A stretch of 64,000 nucleotides of DNA, taken from positions 11,648 to 75,647 of the forward strand of contig CAZPGX010000002.1 of assembly GCA_964586605.1 (NCBI GenBank), in the 5' to 3' direction. The stretch's first letter is position 1, and each line of letters opens with the position of its first letter. A program made the translations under genes and the position numbers. Source of the DNA: an uncultured Planctomycetia bacterium. GTDB lineage: Bacteria > Omnitrophota > Gorgyraeia > JAFGHF01. Shown piece by piece: positions 1-10,557 of this stretch. The notes beneath the pieces were generated by a model. That model worked only from the letters and a program-made list of their open reading frames with translations, made no database searches and was not told the origin of the DNA.

Positions 1-860
1 ACTACCATATAATCCACAAGAGCGAATTTAAGAAGCCCGAACAGGTAAATGTGCAGTACATAGCTCTCTACTTTGACAAAGAAGAGCCGCTTCAAGATGA
101 ATTGAAAGTGGCTCTGGAAGACAAAATATGGCAGATATCCGACGAGATTCAAGACGGTGTTGTCTCTTTTGAGGAAGCGGCCAAAAAATACGAACTGCCG
201 GTTAAAGAAAGCGGATTTTTCGGCCCCCAAGACGTCATCCCCGACTTCGGCCTCTCTTACGAATTCCTGAAAGCTGCCTTTTCCTTAAAAACGGGCGGGG
301 TAAGCAAGGTGATAGAGACCTCCAAAGCATACCTGATTATAAAAGTGAAAGAAAAAAAAGAGGCCTGCTTTCCCGAATTAGAAGAGATTAAAGATAAAGT
401 CGAGCAGGCCCTGATAAAGCAAAAATCCCGGCAATTAGCTAAAGACGAGGCAAAGAATGCCCTCTCTCAAATTAAAAAGATGATGGCTGAAGAGAATTTG
501 ACTTTTTCAAAGGCAGTAGAAAAGCTGAACTTAACTGTTCAAGAGACCGAAGAGTTTACCAGATCCGGGTATATCTCCGGAATCGGCCAGGCCCCGGGAT
601 TTAATCAAGCGGCCTTTGGGCTCGAGCAGGACCAGATAAGCGAAGTAATCGCTGTGGCGAGCGGCTATTGTATTTTAAACCTCAAAGGCATCACCCCAAT
701 CGAGCAAGAAAAGTTTATCGAGGAAAGAGAAGATTTTACTAAAGCGCTTCTGGCAAGAAAAAAAGATATCTACTATCGAATCTGGCTGACCGAGTTGGAA
801 AAACAGGCAAAACTGATAAACAACATCGCAAAACTTAAAAATAAGCCCGGGAGGCCTTAG
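1..860 (+). CDS. PpiD/SurA-like parvulin chaperone, C-terminal part (5'-truncated by window)
   Basis: Frame is open from nt 3 (EFKKPEQVNVQYIAL). Two parvulin-like segments: SFEEAAKKY..SGFF..AAFSL..GGVSKVIET and FNQAAFGL..ISEVI. Confidence 0.75.
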   Translation, partial: YHIIHKSEFKKPEQVNVQYIALYFDKEEPLQDELKVALEDKIWQISDEIQDGVVSFEEAAKKYELPVKESGFFGPQDVIPDFGLSYEFLKAAFSLKTGGVSKVIETSKAYLIIKVKEKKEACFPELEEIKDKVEQALIKQKSRQLAKDEAKNALSQIKKMMAEENLTFSKAVEKLNLTVQETEEFTRSGYISGIGQAPGFNQAAFGLEQDQISEVIAVASGYCILNLKGITPIEQEKFIEEREDFTKALLARKKDIYYRIWLTELEKQAKLINNIAKLKNKPGRP

Positions 861-1711
861 GTATTACCCAGGTATACATAGCGCAATTTTTTCCTGGCTA
901 ACTCTTGAGCTTTTTTGAGCGTCTTTACCGGCGTAGGCGGGATATCCATCTTGTAATAGGGAAAATAGCGCGAGAAATGGAGCGGGGTGTCTTCTCCCAG
1001 CTTTTGCGCTATCCAGTCCACAAGTTCTTCAAAATTCTCTTTTCTATCGTTAAGCGTAGGAATTATCAAATTGGTAATCTCGATATGACACTTTCCCTTT
1101 GAGAATTCCGTAGTGCGCAATACAGGTGCCAGAGACCCCCGGCAATATTTCTTATAAAATCCCTCCTCCATTGATTTGATGTCAATATTCATCGCATCAA
1201 TTAAACCGATTATCTCTTCAAGCGGCTTCTGATTTACGTAGCCGTTGGTTACTAAGACATTTTTTAAGCCTTCCTTGCGCGCAAGGCGCGCGGTGTCATA
1301 GACAAATTCATACCAGATAAACGGCTCATTATAGGTGTAGGCAATACCGAAAGAATCCAGTTGTCTGGCCCTGGCAATTACTTCTTTGGGGGTTATCTTT
1401 TCCGTAGGGCAATTTAGACTTTGAGAGATGGAAAAGTTCTGGCACCAGGGGCATTTAAGGTTGCACCCCTTTGTGCCTAAAGAGAGAATAGACTCGCCGG
1501 GATGGAAATGATAAAGAGGCTTTTTCTCAATGGGGTCCAGGGCAATAGAGGTGGCCTCGCCGTAAATCAGGGAATAGAGCCGGCCGTGTTCATTTTTTCT
1601 TACACCGCATTTGCCGGTTTCGCCCTTTTTCAAAAGGCAATAATTGGGGCAGAGCAGGCATTTGACCTTACCCTGCTCCATCAGCTGACAGTGCACCGAC
1701 TCCTTCTTCAT
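857..1711 (-). CDS. amrS: AmmeMemoRadiSam-system radical SAM enzyme
   Basis: N-terminal CLLCPNYC..GKCGVR, DPIEKKPLYHFHPG, CxxxCxxC (CNLKCPWC), AYTYNEP, PLHFSRYFP, YVYLGN. Confidence 0.9.
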   Translation of the reverse strand: MKKESVHCQLMEQGKVKCLLCPNYCLLKKGETGKCGVRKNEHGRLYSLIYGEATSIALDPIEKKPLYHFHPGESILSLGTKGCNLKCPWCQNFSISQSLNCPTEKITPKEVIARARQLDSFGIAYTYNEPFIWYEFVYDTARLARKEGLKNVLVTNGYVNQKPLEEIIGLIDAMNIDIKSMEEGFYKKYCRGSLAPVLRTTEFSKGKCHIEITNLIIPTLNDRKENFEELVDWIAQKLGEDTPLHFSRYFPYYKMDIPPTPVKTLKKAQELARKKLRYVYLGNT

Positions 1712-1715
1712 CCCG

Positions 1716-2033
1716 CTACCTCACTTTTGCGCCGTTGGGAACCTTCTTTTCCGGCAGAAGCAATACCGGCTCCGGAGTAGCTGCGCAGAGAATCATCCCG
1801 TTACTCTCCACGCCCCTGATCGTTGCCGGCTCAAGGTTCAAAAGCACAGGCACCTGGCGTCCGAGGACATCCTTGGCCTCATACTGCATTGCTATGCCGG
1901 CAACAACCTGCCTTTTCTCTTCTCCGGTATCTACTACTAATTTCAGCAGCCTGTCCGCACCGGCAACCTTCTCGGCCTCAACAATAGCAGCCATTTTAAT
2001 CTCCAGTTTTGCAAAATCCTCGTACTTGATCAT
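1716..2033 (-). CDS. tRNA-binding OB-fold protein (MetRS C-terminal/Trbp111/CsaA-like)
   Basis: YEDFAKLEI, ADRLLKLVVDTG, RQVVAGI, NLEPATIRGVESNGMIL. Confidence 0.9.
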   Translation of the reverse strand: MIKYEDFAKLEIKMAAIVEAEKVAGADRLLKLVVDTGEEKRQVVAGIAMQYEAKDVLGRQVPVLLNLEPATIRGVESNGMILCAATPEPVLLLPEKKVPNGAKVR

Positions 2034-2043
2034 CTAATCCTCC

Positions 2044-4974
2044 TTATCTTCTGTTTGTGGTATAGGGACAGACCTCGCGGTAGGCGCAATATTTACAGGC
2101 TAAATAGTTGGGCCTTGCCGGAAATTCCCGCGAGCGAATACCGCAAGAGGCCTGGGCAATTAATTCTTCGGCTTTTTCTAAGTCGCTTTCTTTGCGCCGG
2201 GCCCGGCCGATAAGGCCCGTATCTACGAAATGAAGCTCTACCCTGACCGGGAGTTCGCCTTTAACCATACGATAAGCTAAGGCGTAAATAGAAAGCTGCA
2301 AGGACTCTTTGGTGCGCTTATCCGCCTGTTTTTGTTTGGTTACCGTATCCGAAGTCTTAAAATCAATAATTACCGCGCCCTCTTCCGTTTCATCAATCCT
2401 GTCCCAGCGGCCGACTAGCTTATCCTTGCCCAGGGCAAAATTAAACGATTGCTCGATATAAGCAGGGAGTTTTTTGTCGTTTTCTCGATTGTAAAAATCT
2501 TTTAGTGTCTGTTCTCCCTGAGCAAACCTTTGTTCTTCATGCGCACGCGATAAGAAACCCTCGTTTACCCAAGCAGCTTTAAGGCTCTTAATTAAATCCT
2601 GCTCTGTAAATTTCTTTTTAGCTATTTTTGCCTGATAAAAATCCAGGATGGCCTTATGGATAGCGCTCCCATAGACTACGCTGTGATGGCGCATAATCGG
2701 AATGCGCAGGATATGCACATATTTATATTTTAGGGGACAGGTCAGGTAATCATCAACCTGGCGGAAGCTTAATCGCAATAACTCATCCGAAGATATCGGC
2801 TTTTCTTTAACAGCCGGGGCGGAGGCCCTGGGCGCAAAACGTCTGATTTCCTCAAGGGCTTGAGTCTTGATTACCTCAGGTTTCTGCGGGCTAATATCCA
2901 GCGCTTCATAGATAAACTGGCTGACCTTGCGCGTGCGTTTTCCGCCATAATCTAAGCTTGAAGTAAAATATAATTTATCCTTTGCGCGGGTCATCCCGAC
3001 ATAAAAGAGCCTTCTCTCCTCCTGAATATGATAATCGCCGCCGGGCAATATATCTTTGATCAATTCAAGCGGCATCTCAATGGGCTCACGGCGCCTGGGC
3101 CAGGGGAAACGCCCCTGCACTAAATTGACTAAAAATACAACGCTAAACTCTAATCCTTTGGCCTTATGCAACGTCAAGATATTTATCGCCTCCAAGTCAA
3201 AATCGGCTTCGGCGGTAGCCGGGTCGTCCCCGGCGGAAATCAGCATATCCAGGTGCTGGACAAAGCTGGGCAGGCGGTCCTCGCTGGTTAAATTCTCAAA
3301 GTTGGCCACAATGTTAAAGAAACGGGCAATATTTTTAATGCGCTGTTCGTTAACAACGCTCTCCTCTTTCATCAGCCTTTTGATATAACCTGATTGTTGC
3401 AAAAATAGATAAAGCAGTTTTCCGGAAGAAAGGCCCCTGGCCTCTTTTAAATAGTGATTTAAATCCTCAACAATCTTTTTAATCTTTACCCGGGTTTTGG
3501 CAGAGATATCGGCAAGCTCCTTAATCTTATCCAGGCAGCTAAAGGCGTTAAATAAAGAACGGTTCTTTTTGTCGGCCCAGTTAAGACAACGCGTTAAATC
3601 GGCCATATCCATATTATACAAGCCGGGAAAGCTGACCAGGTGATACAAGCTAATGCTGTCATCGGGGTCGGCAATGGCGCGCAAAAAAGAAATCAAAAAA
3701 CGGATTTCTTCCTGAGAGTAAAGCCCCTGATTTCCAGAAAAACGCCAGGGAATCAAGCGCATGTTTAAGGCGCGAAGAAAAGGCTGGGCGTCATTATTGG
3801 AGCGTACTAAAATGGCTATTTCTCCATAGGAAAGTTTATTCTTTTTTACTTTCTCTTCAATTATCCGGGCCACCTCATCGGCTTCTGATGAGCCGGTATC
3901 AAAATGAAGATGGTCGATTGCCGGACCTTTCTTTCTCCGGGCGGTGAGTTCCTTGCTGATCTTGCATTTTACCTCTAAGGTGTCCGGGTCATTGTGTTTG
4001 ATCAAGCGGTAGGCCCGATCAAGAATCACTTGAGTTGAGCGGTAGTTTTCGGTAAGCACGACCTGGCGTGCCCCGGGATAATAATCCATAAAATTAAGGA
4101 TATTGCTGATAGCCGCCCCGCGGAACTTAAAGATAGACTGATTATCATCTCCGACGACAGCGATGTTTTTGTGGGCCTGGGCCAGGAGTTTAACCAGCTG
4201 AAACTGGCTGAAATTTGTATCCTGAAACTCATCTACTAAAATATATTTAAACTGTTTTTGATAACGGCTAAGCACAAGTGGTTTTTTGCGGAAAAGATGA
4301 AGCGTAAGATAAACCTGATTAGCAAAGTCGACCTTGCCCTCTTTCATTAAAAATTTTTGATATTTCTCATAGGCCCGGGCAAGCTCCATCTGCGCGCGGG
4401 CGTTCTCTTTTAATTCTTCCTCTTGAGGGCTTTTTTTAGACTTTTCTTCCAGGCCCTTGGCATATTTTAAATATTCCTCCCAGGAGACATCCTCATCGCG
4501 CAGGCGGCTGAAAAGGATTACCAGCGCATCCAGGAAACGCGCCGGGTCGCTTTTAGGGCGGTAATAATCCAGGTTAAACTCATAGAGATGTTCTTTTAAA
4601 AAAATTATTTGATCCGGGCGGGTGAGAACATTGAACTCCGGCTCCAGCCCCAATTCTAAGGCGTTTTCGCGCAGGATGCGGTCGCCGAAGGCATGAAAGG
4701 TGGAGATCCAGATATCCGTATAGCCGTAGGGCACAAGCAGGTCCACCCTTTCCTCCATCTCAGCGGCAGCTTTATCGGTAAAGGTAAGGGCTAAGATTTC
4801 TTCGGGACGGGCTTTTTTGGCAGCAATCAGGTGGGCGATGCGGCGGGTAATAACTGCGGTTTTTCCAGTTCCGGCGCCGGCAATAATTAAAAGCGGGCCC
4901 TGGTCATGTTCGACTGCCTCTTTCTGCCTGGCATTCAGTCCCGCCAATGTCTTGTTTTCAGTCTTCACCGCCAC
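2044..4974 (-). CDS. UvrD/PcrA-family SF1 helicase with C-terminal PD-(D/E)XK nuclease and Fe-S cysteines
   Basis: AGAGTGKT, LALTFTDKAA, LVDEFQD, VGDDNQSIF, ENYRS, TLHKAKGLEF, EERRLFYVGMTRA. C-terminal GRWDRID..IIDFKT, QLSIYA, CPLKY and CKYCAYREVC. Confidence 0.9.
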   Translation of the reverse strand: MAVKTENKTLAGLNARQKEAVEHDQGPLLIIAGAGTGKTAVITRRIAHLIAAKKARPEEILALTFTDKAAAEMEERVDLLVPYGYTDIWISTFHAFGDRILRENALELGLEPEFNVLTRPDQIIFLKEHLYEFNLDYYRPKSDPARFLDALVILFSRLRDEDVSWEEYLKYAKGLEEKSKKSPQEEELKENARAQMELARAYEKYQKFLMKEGKVDFANQVYLTLHLFRKKPLVLSRYQKQFKYILVDEFQDTNFSQFQLVKLLAQAHKNIAVVGDDNQSIFKFRGAAISNILNFMDYYPGARQVVLTENYRSTQVILDRAYRLIKHNDPDTLEVKCKISKELTARRKKGPAIDHLHFDTGSSEADEVARIIEEKVKKNKLSYGEIAILVRSNNDAQPFLRALNMRLIPWRFSGNQGLYSQEEIRFLISFLRAIADPDDSISLYHLVSFPGLYNMDMADLTRCLNWADKKNRSLFNAFSCLDKIKELADISAKTRVKIKKIVEDLNHYLKEARGLSSGKLLYLFLQQSGYIKRLMKEESVVNEQRIKNIARFFNIVANFENLTSEDRLPSFVQHLDMLISAGDDPATAEADFDLEAINILTLHKAKGLEFSVVFLVNLVQGRFPWPRRREPIEMPLELIKDILPGGDYHIQEERRLFYVGMTRAKDKLYFTSSLDYGGKRTRKVSQFIYEALDISPQKPEVIKTQALEEIRRFAPRASAPAVKEKPISSDELLRLSFRQVDDYLTCPLKYKYVHILRIPIMRHHSVVYGSAIHKAILDFYQAKIAKKKFTEQDLIKSLKAAWVNEGFLSRAHEEQRFAQGEQTLKDFYNRENDKKLPAYIEQSFNFALGKDKLVGRWDRIDETEEGAVIIDFKTSDTVTKQKQADKRTKESLQLSIYALAYRMVKGELPVRVELHFVDTGLIGRARRKESDLEKAEELIAQASCGIRSREFPARPNYLACKYCAYREVCPYTTNRR

Positions 4975-4997
4975 GGATTAGAATATTTTTTATGTTT

Positions 4998-5444
4998 CTA
5001 TCTAAGGCCTTTGAGGGTTTTCATGAATTGGCCGACGTCGCGGAATTGGCGGTAGACAGAGGCAAAGCGCACGTAGGCAATCTCGTCCAAGTCCTGCAAT
5101 TTCTTCATTACCAATTCCCCAATCTCTTTAAACTTAACCTCTTTATCGTAATTCTTGCGTAAGGCAGATTCTATTTTATCGGTTAAATCTTCCAACTGTT
5201 CCATGCTAATTGGCCTTTTCTCACAGGCCTTGATTAACCCGGCAAGCAGCTTTTTGCGTTCAAACGGCTGGCGGCGTGAGTCCTTTTTGACCACCATTAG
5301 AGGCGCCTCTTCAATATGTTCATAGGTAGTGAAGCGCCGTTCGCATTTGAGGCATTCGCGGCGGCGGCGGATAGAATTGCCTTCGGCACTGAGACGTGAA
5401 TCTACTACCTTATCTTCCAGGTTTCCGCAATAAGGACATTTCAT
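4998..5444 (-). CDS. nrdR: Transcriptional repressor NrdR
   Basis: [24 protein letters not shown] cone, [10 protein letters not shown]. Confidence 0.97.
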   Translation of the reverse strand: MKCPYCGNLEDKVVDSRLSAEGNSIRRRRECLKCERRFTTYEHIEEAPLMVVKKDSRRQPFERKKLLAGLIKACEKRPISMEQLEDLTDKIESALRKNYDKEVKFKEIGELVMKKLQDLDEIAYVRFASVYRQFRDVGQFMKTLKGLR

Positions 5445-5902
5445 TTTAGTCTACGTACCTTAATGCCGGCTTCTTTCAAGAATTCGCCGGCCATTTCATC
5501 GGGGTAGCTGCCGGCGATAACCACCTCTTTAATCCCGGCATTGATAATCATCTTGGCACAGATAATACAGGGCTGGTGGGTAACATAGAGCATGCTCTCT
5601 CGCAAGCTAATCCCATAAAGCGCTGCCTGCAGGAGGGCATTTTGCTCGGCGTGTAAGCCCCGGCACAACTCATGCCTCTGCCCTGAAGGAACTTTAAGCT
5701 TTGTACGCAAGCAGCCAACCTCGGCGCAATGTTTTATGCCGCTTGGGGTGCCATTATAGCCGGTAGCTAGAATGCGCCTGTCCTTGACAATTAAGGCGCC
5801 TACTTTTCGACGCAGGCAGGTTGAGCGCTTGGAGACAATCGCGGCAATCTCCAGGAAGTACTCATCCCAGCCCGGACGGGCATCTTTTCTTTTAGCCTTC
5901 AT
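5441..5902 (-). CDS. dCMP deaminase (ComEB family)
   Basis: [42 protein letters not shown]. Confidence 0.92.
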   Translation of the reverse strand: MKAKRKDARPGWDEYFLEIAAIVSKRSTCLRRKVGALIVKDRRILATGYNGTPSGIKHCAEVGCLRTKLKVPSGQRHELCRGLHAEQNALLQAALYGISLRESMLYVTHQPCIICAKMIINAGIKEVVIAGSYPDEMAGEFLKEAGIKVRRLK

Positions 5903-7146
5903 ATCTTTAAATCCTTGTATAGCGGAAATATTGCTGTGAGCTTCAACACTTCCTTCCTGGTCATTTCGATTACTTTTTTATCTTTAGGCGAAGACAATAT
6001 TCCGTTGATTAGGCAGGCAATCTGGGACATCTCGCTTTCTTTCATCCCTCTTGTGGTAACGCAAGGGGTGCCTAATCTTAGGCCGCTGGCTAAGCTTGCC
6101 CTGCGCCCGTCAAAAGGAATCAAATTTTTATTCAAGACAATATTGGCTCTATGCAGGGCCGAAGCCGCGTCTTTGCCCGTTATCTTCCTTGAGGTCAGGT
6201 CTATTAAAAGCAGATGATTATCTGTGCCGCCGGAGACAATGCGATAACCTTGAGCCTTTAAATCTGCAGCTAACTTTTTGGCATTAATAATTATCTGTTT
6301 CTGATAAGCCTTAAATTCTGATCCGGCGGCAAGTTTTAAGGCAACTGCTTTAGCCGCGATTAGATGCATCAGCGGGCCTCCCTGGATGCCGGGAAAGACC
6401 TGAGCGTCTATTCTTTTAGCAAACTCCTTACGGCACATTATCATTCCGGCCCTGGGGCCGCGCAAGGTCTTATGGGTAGTGGTCGTAACAAATTCTGCAT
6501 GAGGAATAGGTGAGGGGTGAAGCCCGGCGGCTACCAACCCGGCGATATGGGCGATATCAGCCAGGATAAAGGCGCCGACTTTATCGGCAATTCCGCGGAA
6601 CCTGGCAAAATCTATAGTCCGCGGGTAAGCCGAGGCCCCCACTAAAATCATCTTTGGCCTATGCTTTTTGGCTAAGGCCTCAACTTCATTATAGTCTATG
6701 CGTTCATCTTTCTTGCTTACGCCGTAGGAGACAACATTAAAATACTTTCCGGAAAAATTCTGGCGGTGTCCGTGCGAAAGGTGCCCTCCGCAGGCCAAGT
6801 CCATAGCCAGGACGGTATCTCCCATCTTAAGCATGGCAAAATATACCGCCATATTGGCCTGTGTCCCCGAATGCGGCTGGACATTTACATGCCCTGCGCC
6901 GAAAAGCTTCTTGGCCCGTTCCTTGGCCAGGCCTTCCACCACATCCACACACTCACAACCGTCATACCAGCGCTGGCCGGGATAGCCTTCGGCGTATTTA
7001 TTGGTCATTACCGAGCCTTGGGCCTGTAAAACAGGCTCCGGGGTAAAGTTTTCGCTGGCAATCAGGTTGATAGTATCACGCTCTCTTTTCAGCTCATCAG
7101 CAATTGCCTTGTGTACCTGTGGGTCAACTTTTTTTAAGTAATCCAT
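5899..7146 (-). CDS. glyA: Serine hydroxymethyltransferase
   Basis: [42 protein letters not shown]. Confidence 0.98.
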   Translation of the reverse strand: MDYLKKVDPQVHKAIADELKRERDTINLIASENFTPEPVLQAQGSVMTNKYAEGYPGQRWYDGCECVDVVEGLAKERAKKLFGAGHVNVQPHSGTQANMAVYFAMLKMGDTVLAMDLACGGHLSHGHRQNFSGKYFNVVSYGVSKKDERIDYNEVEALAKKHRPKMILVGASAYPRTIDFARFRGIADKVGAFILADIAHIAGLVAAGLHPSPIPHAEFVTTTTHKTLRGPRAGMIMCRKEFAKRIDAQVFPGIQGGPLMHLIAAKAVALKLAAGSEFKAYQKQIIINAKKLAADLKAQGYRIVSGGTDNHLLLIDLTSRKITGKDAASALHRANIVLNKNLIPFDGRRASLASGLRLGTPCVTTRGMKESEMSQIACLINGILSSPKDKKVIEMTRKEVLKLTAIFPLYKDLKI

Positions 7147-7162
7147 TGTCAGCTCCTGCTAC

Positions 7163-7621
7163 TCATTTTAATTTCTTAATCTTTTTCTCTATACTCGTAA
7201 TTTGCCTTACCCTGCGGGCATGACGGGGCTGTGCGGAAAATTCGGTTTCAAGCCATACCCGGACAATCTCACAGGCCTTTTTAAAACTTAAATAGCTGCC
7301 GGCCAAAGATAACACGTTGGCATTGTTGTGTTCACGGCTGCGCCGGGCCTGGATTTTGCTCTGACAAAGGGCTGCGCGAATCCCGGGAACTTTATTAGCA
7401 ACTACGGAAAGGCCGATTCCGGTTTTACAAATCAGTATCCCCCGGGGGAATTGCCCGCCGGCAACGCTAGCCGCAACCTTATAGCCGATAGCCGGATAGT
7501 CGCATCGCTTCGCGCTGTGCGTGCCTAAATCAGCAATTAGATGGCCGCGCCCTTCCAGAAACTTTATCAATTTGGTCTTTAATTTGTATCCGCCATGGTC
7601 GGCGCCGATAGCAATCTTCAT
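7163..7621 (-). CDS. rpiB: Ribose-5-phosphate isomerase B
   Basis: IGADHGG, DYP, GILICKTGIG, ANKVPGIRAA, REHNNANVL. Confidence 0.95.
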   Translation of the reverse strand: MKIAIGADHGGYKLKTKLIKFLEGRGHLIADLGTHSAKRCDYPAIGYKVAASVAGGQFPRGILICKTGIGLSVVANKVPGIRAALCQSKIQARRSREHNNANVLSLAGSYLSFKKACEIVRVWLETEFSAQPRHARRVRQITSIEKKIKKLK

Positions 7622-8058
7622 CCTTCCTCCATTTTTTTTGCTATTCGCAAAATATTCTCCTTAATAACGGCATAGACCTTACGGTAAAAATCTAAAGACC
7701 TGCCGATAGGGTCAATAATATCCGACTCACTTAATAAATGCACCTTATTTCCTGCAGAGGGCTTGCGGGCTAAAATATGCTCTTGATGCCGCCTCTCCAT
7801 CACCAGGATTAAATCTGCCCCAGCAATCATTTCGTCGCTAAGGGGCGAGCTTCTGTGCTCGGAAATATCGATATCCTCTTCAGACATCACCTGAATCGCC
7901 TCAGGCGTTGCGGGCATCCCTTTAATTGCCGCTGTGCCCGCAGTAGCCACCTGATAATCGCCTTTTCCTTTTAACAGTTTTTTTAAAAGGCCCGCAGCCA
8001 TCGCGCTGCGGCAGGAATTTCCCGTACAGACTAAAAGGATTGTCTTAGCCTTAGACAC
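7618..8058 (-). CDS. Low-molecular-weight protein arginine/tyrosine phosphatase (YwlE-like)
   Basis: P-loop VCTGNSCRS and DIIDPIG; sits in the usual sua5-ywlE-rpiB-glyA order. Confidence 0.9.
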   Translation of the reverse strand: MSKAKTILLVCTGNSCRSAMAAGLLKKLLKGKGDYQVATAGTAAIKGMPATPEAIQVMSEEDIDISEHRSSPLSDEMIAGADLILVMERRHQEHILARKPSAGNKVHLLSESDIIDPIGRSLDFYRKVYAVIKENILRIAKKMEEG

Positions 8059-8653
8059 TCCGGATATCCTTTTCGGTTATTATGCCCTCTCTTAATACTT
8101 TAGGGGGCGAAACAGTTAAATCTACCACGCTGGATGCCATTCCTAATTCTGCCGGCCCTGCGTCGATAACCATCTCAATAAGCCCGGCAAACGTTCCTAA
8201 GACCTGCTCGGCTGTCTTTGCTTCGGGCTCACCCGATAAATTGGCGCTGGGTGCAACCAAGGCAGTGTTGCTTTCTTCTATTAAGGCCCGGGCAACCTTA
8301 TTAGCGGGAATGCGCACACCTACCGTTCCTCCCGCTTTCGCTCGTAAAACTAAAGTCAACGGCCCCGGCCAAAAGCTGCCCATCAGTTGATAGGCAAAAG
8401 GAGAAATATCAGAGGCTATCTCTTCTAAACGGCTAATATCCCGGATTTGTACTGTCAGCGGTTTATCTTTGGGGCGTTTTTTCAGCTCAAAGATTCTCTT
8501 CACTGCCTGCTTGTTGGCAAAATCCGCCGCCAGCCCATAGACCGTTTCGGTGGGAAAACCAACAATCCCGCCTTTTTTGATTATCCCAGCCGCCTGCCTG
8601 ATCTTTTCTAAATCTATATCCTCCGGGTCTATCTTTACAACTTGCGTCTTCAT
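8051..8653 (-). CDS. tsaC: L-threonylcarbamoyladenylate synthase (YrdC/TsaC)
   Basis: FPTETVYGL, KKRP..PL, FWPGPLT, APSANLSG. Confidence 0.93.
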   Translation of the reverse strand: MKTQVVKIDPEDIDLEKIRQAAGIIKKGGIVGFPTETVYGLAADFANKQAVKRIFELKKRPKDKPLTVQIRDISRLEEIASDISPFAYQLMGSFWPGPLTLVLRAKAGGTVGVRIPANKVARALIEESNTALVAPSANLSGEPEAKTAEQVLGTFAGLIEMVIDAGPAELGMASSVVDLTVSPPKVLREGIITEKDIRSV

Positions 8654-9870
8654 ATGTTAACAATATCTTCGCCGTGATACAAGGCTAAAAACAGCAGCAG
8701 ATAATCCCTTAGGTGGCGGGTGAGCAGGAAGTTCTGCTTGATGTGTTCCCGGCCGGCCGCACCTAATTCCCTGGCATATTCAGGGCTGTTTAATAACTGT
8801 TTTACCCAAAAGGCCGTACCCTCGGTGGTGCGGGAAAGCAGGCCGCTGAATTTATGTCTTATCTGTAAAGGAATCCCTCCCACTGCCGAGGCCACGACGG
8901 GGCAACCTTTCCAGAGGGCCTCGGTTACGGTCAGGGCAAAACCCTCGCGAATAGACTTCTGCAAGACCACGCTTGCCGCTCTTTGCAGGGCATTTATCTC
9001 TATATCGCTGGCGGCGGGCACCGATAAGACATGGATGTCCTTATCGCCCTTTGCCTTTTCCTGCACCTTGGCCAGGACCTCGTTTGACTCCGGATCGTCC
9101 GCGGCTGTGCTTCCGGCCAAAACCAGCTGGCAATCGACGTATTTTTTCACCAATCTATAGACATCAATTACGCCTAAGGGATCCTTAAGATAATCAAAAC
9201 GCGAAATCTGCACAATCACCGGCTTCTTACGGCTTATGTTAAATTTTCTTAGCGCTTCATCTATGGTTGGCTGGGGAAGTTCCTTATTTTTATCGCTTAA
9301 AGGGTCAATAGAAGGAGGGATTAGAAACTGCCCAATCTTTAATTCTTGAGCAAAACTGGGAGAGGAAAAAACCGAGGCATCGTATTCTTCGACATAGGGC
9401 TTTAAGAAATCCCAGACCTGGGGCTGGGGCCGGGAGATATCGATGTGGCAGCGCCAGATCCATTTGGCTTTTTTAATTAATTTTTTTTTCTTAATTAAAA
9501 CAATAGGCTGGGGGTCGTGGACAAAGACAATGTCACCGCGCAAATTCATTTTTTTGACGTTTTCCTCGGAGGTACTTAAAAATAGATCTATCTCCTCCTG
9601 CGAAAGGCGCTCTTTCTTGCCGTGGAGCATATTATGGAATTTTTTGGTAACCGAAAAAAACTTCTCCCCTGCTTTAATTACGTCCCAGCGGGCACGCAGC
9701 CCTAACTCATTCAGGAGCGGAATCATCCGGTTGAGAATTTCTGCCACGCCTCCGCCTACGGCAGTAGAATTGATATTGCGCACTACTTTACCCTTAAGCC
9801 GCTGGCCCAGGGCCCTTAACTCCTCAATAACACTCCTGCCTACTACCGGCTCATAATCAGCTAATCTCAT
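8650..9870 (-). CDS. treT: Trehalose glycosyltransferring synthase TreT (GT4)
   Basis: NSTAVGGGVAEIL, VHDPQP, WIWRCHID, PPSIDPLSDKN, QISRFDYLKDP, QKSIREGFALTVTEALWK. Confidence 0.9.
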   Translation of the reverse strand: MRLADYEPVVGRSVIEELRALGQRLKGKVVRNINSTAVGGGVAEILNRMIPLLNELGLRARWDVIKAGEKFFSVTKKFHNMLHGKKERLSQEEIDLFLSTSEENVKKMNLRGDIVFVHDPQPIVLIKKKKLIKKAKWIWRCHIDISRPQPQVWDFLKPYVEEYDASVFSSPSFAQELKIGQFLIPPSIDPLSDKNKELPQPTIDEALRKFNISRKKPVIVQISRFDYLKDPLGVIDVYRLVKKYVDCQLVLAGSTAADDPESNEVLAKVQEKAKGDKDIHVLSVPAASDIEINALQRAASVVLQKSIREGFALTVTEALWKGCPVVASAVGGIPLQIRHKFSGLLSRTTEGTAFWVKQLLNSPEYARELGAAGREHIKQNFLLTRHLRDYLLLFLALYHGEDIVNI

Positions 9871-10556
9871 CCTTTAATCTCTTTTATCCGCTGCTCTATT
9901 AATTCAATTATCTTTTTTCTCAAGCCCTCTAACGTATGGGTATAGGGGTCAAGGCGGGCCAATTCCTGCGCCAGGTCGGGCCGGGCGCAACTTGTATCAA
10001 TCCAGTAAGAGAAGTCGTTTACTCCCTTCTCCAGGCGCAATTTTGCCTCAAAGACATGGAAATATATGGAATTGATGGTAATCTTTTTCAAGATTTTGGC
10101 AAACTCTAAAAGATTGCGGGCTACATAGGGCGTAGGAAAGACAAAACTGATGGTCTTGACAAAATGAAACTGCTCTTCCTCCGATGAGACGCGAAACTGG
10201 CCCAGGCCGCTCTCTTCCATATAGCGGATATGGCCCTGGATGGTCTGGGAGAGTTTTTCTCGCAAGGCCCGAATGGTGGGAAACTGAATCGTATCAATGC
10301 TGGCCAGCTCTTCCCCTAATTTGTGTTCCCCTAAGACTTCTGTTACCCAATAGGCGAAGTCGTTGGGGGGCTCCGGAGACAAAAACTGATGCTGCTGCAA
10401 GAAACGGTGGGTATGATGATAGATTACCGAACCCGAAACCTTATTGATGCCCTTAAGCAGCGTCTTTAGGTCTCGCGCCTTTAGCCCGGTCAATTGCTGC
10501 AGGTGCAATCGAGTGTAAAAAACAAAAGGCTGTTGGGCTTTGCTGAATTTTGGCAT
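9867..10556 (-). CDS. DUF5752-family protein (internal duplication)
   Basis: Two repeats of IY(H/F)H...NDF(A/S)YW...L(G/A)xELA..D; adjacent to treT. Confidence 0.75.
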   Translation of the reverse strand: MPKFSKAQQPFVFYTRLHLQQLTGLKARDLKTLLKGINKVSGSVIYHHTHRFLQQHQFLSPEPPNDFAYWVTEVLGEHKLGEELASIDTIQFPTIRALREKLSQTIQGHIRYMEESGLGQFRVSSEEEQFHFVKTISFVFPTPYVARNLLEFAKILKKITINSIYFHVFEAKLRLEKGVNDFSYWIDTSCARPDLAQELARLDPYTHTLEGLRKKIIELIEQRIKEIKG

Positions 10557-10557
10557 C

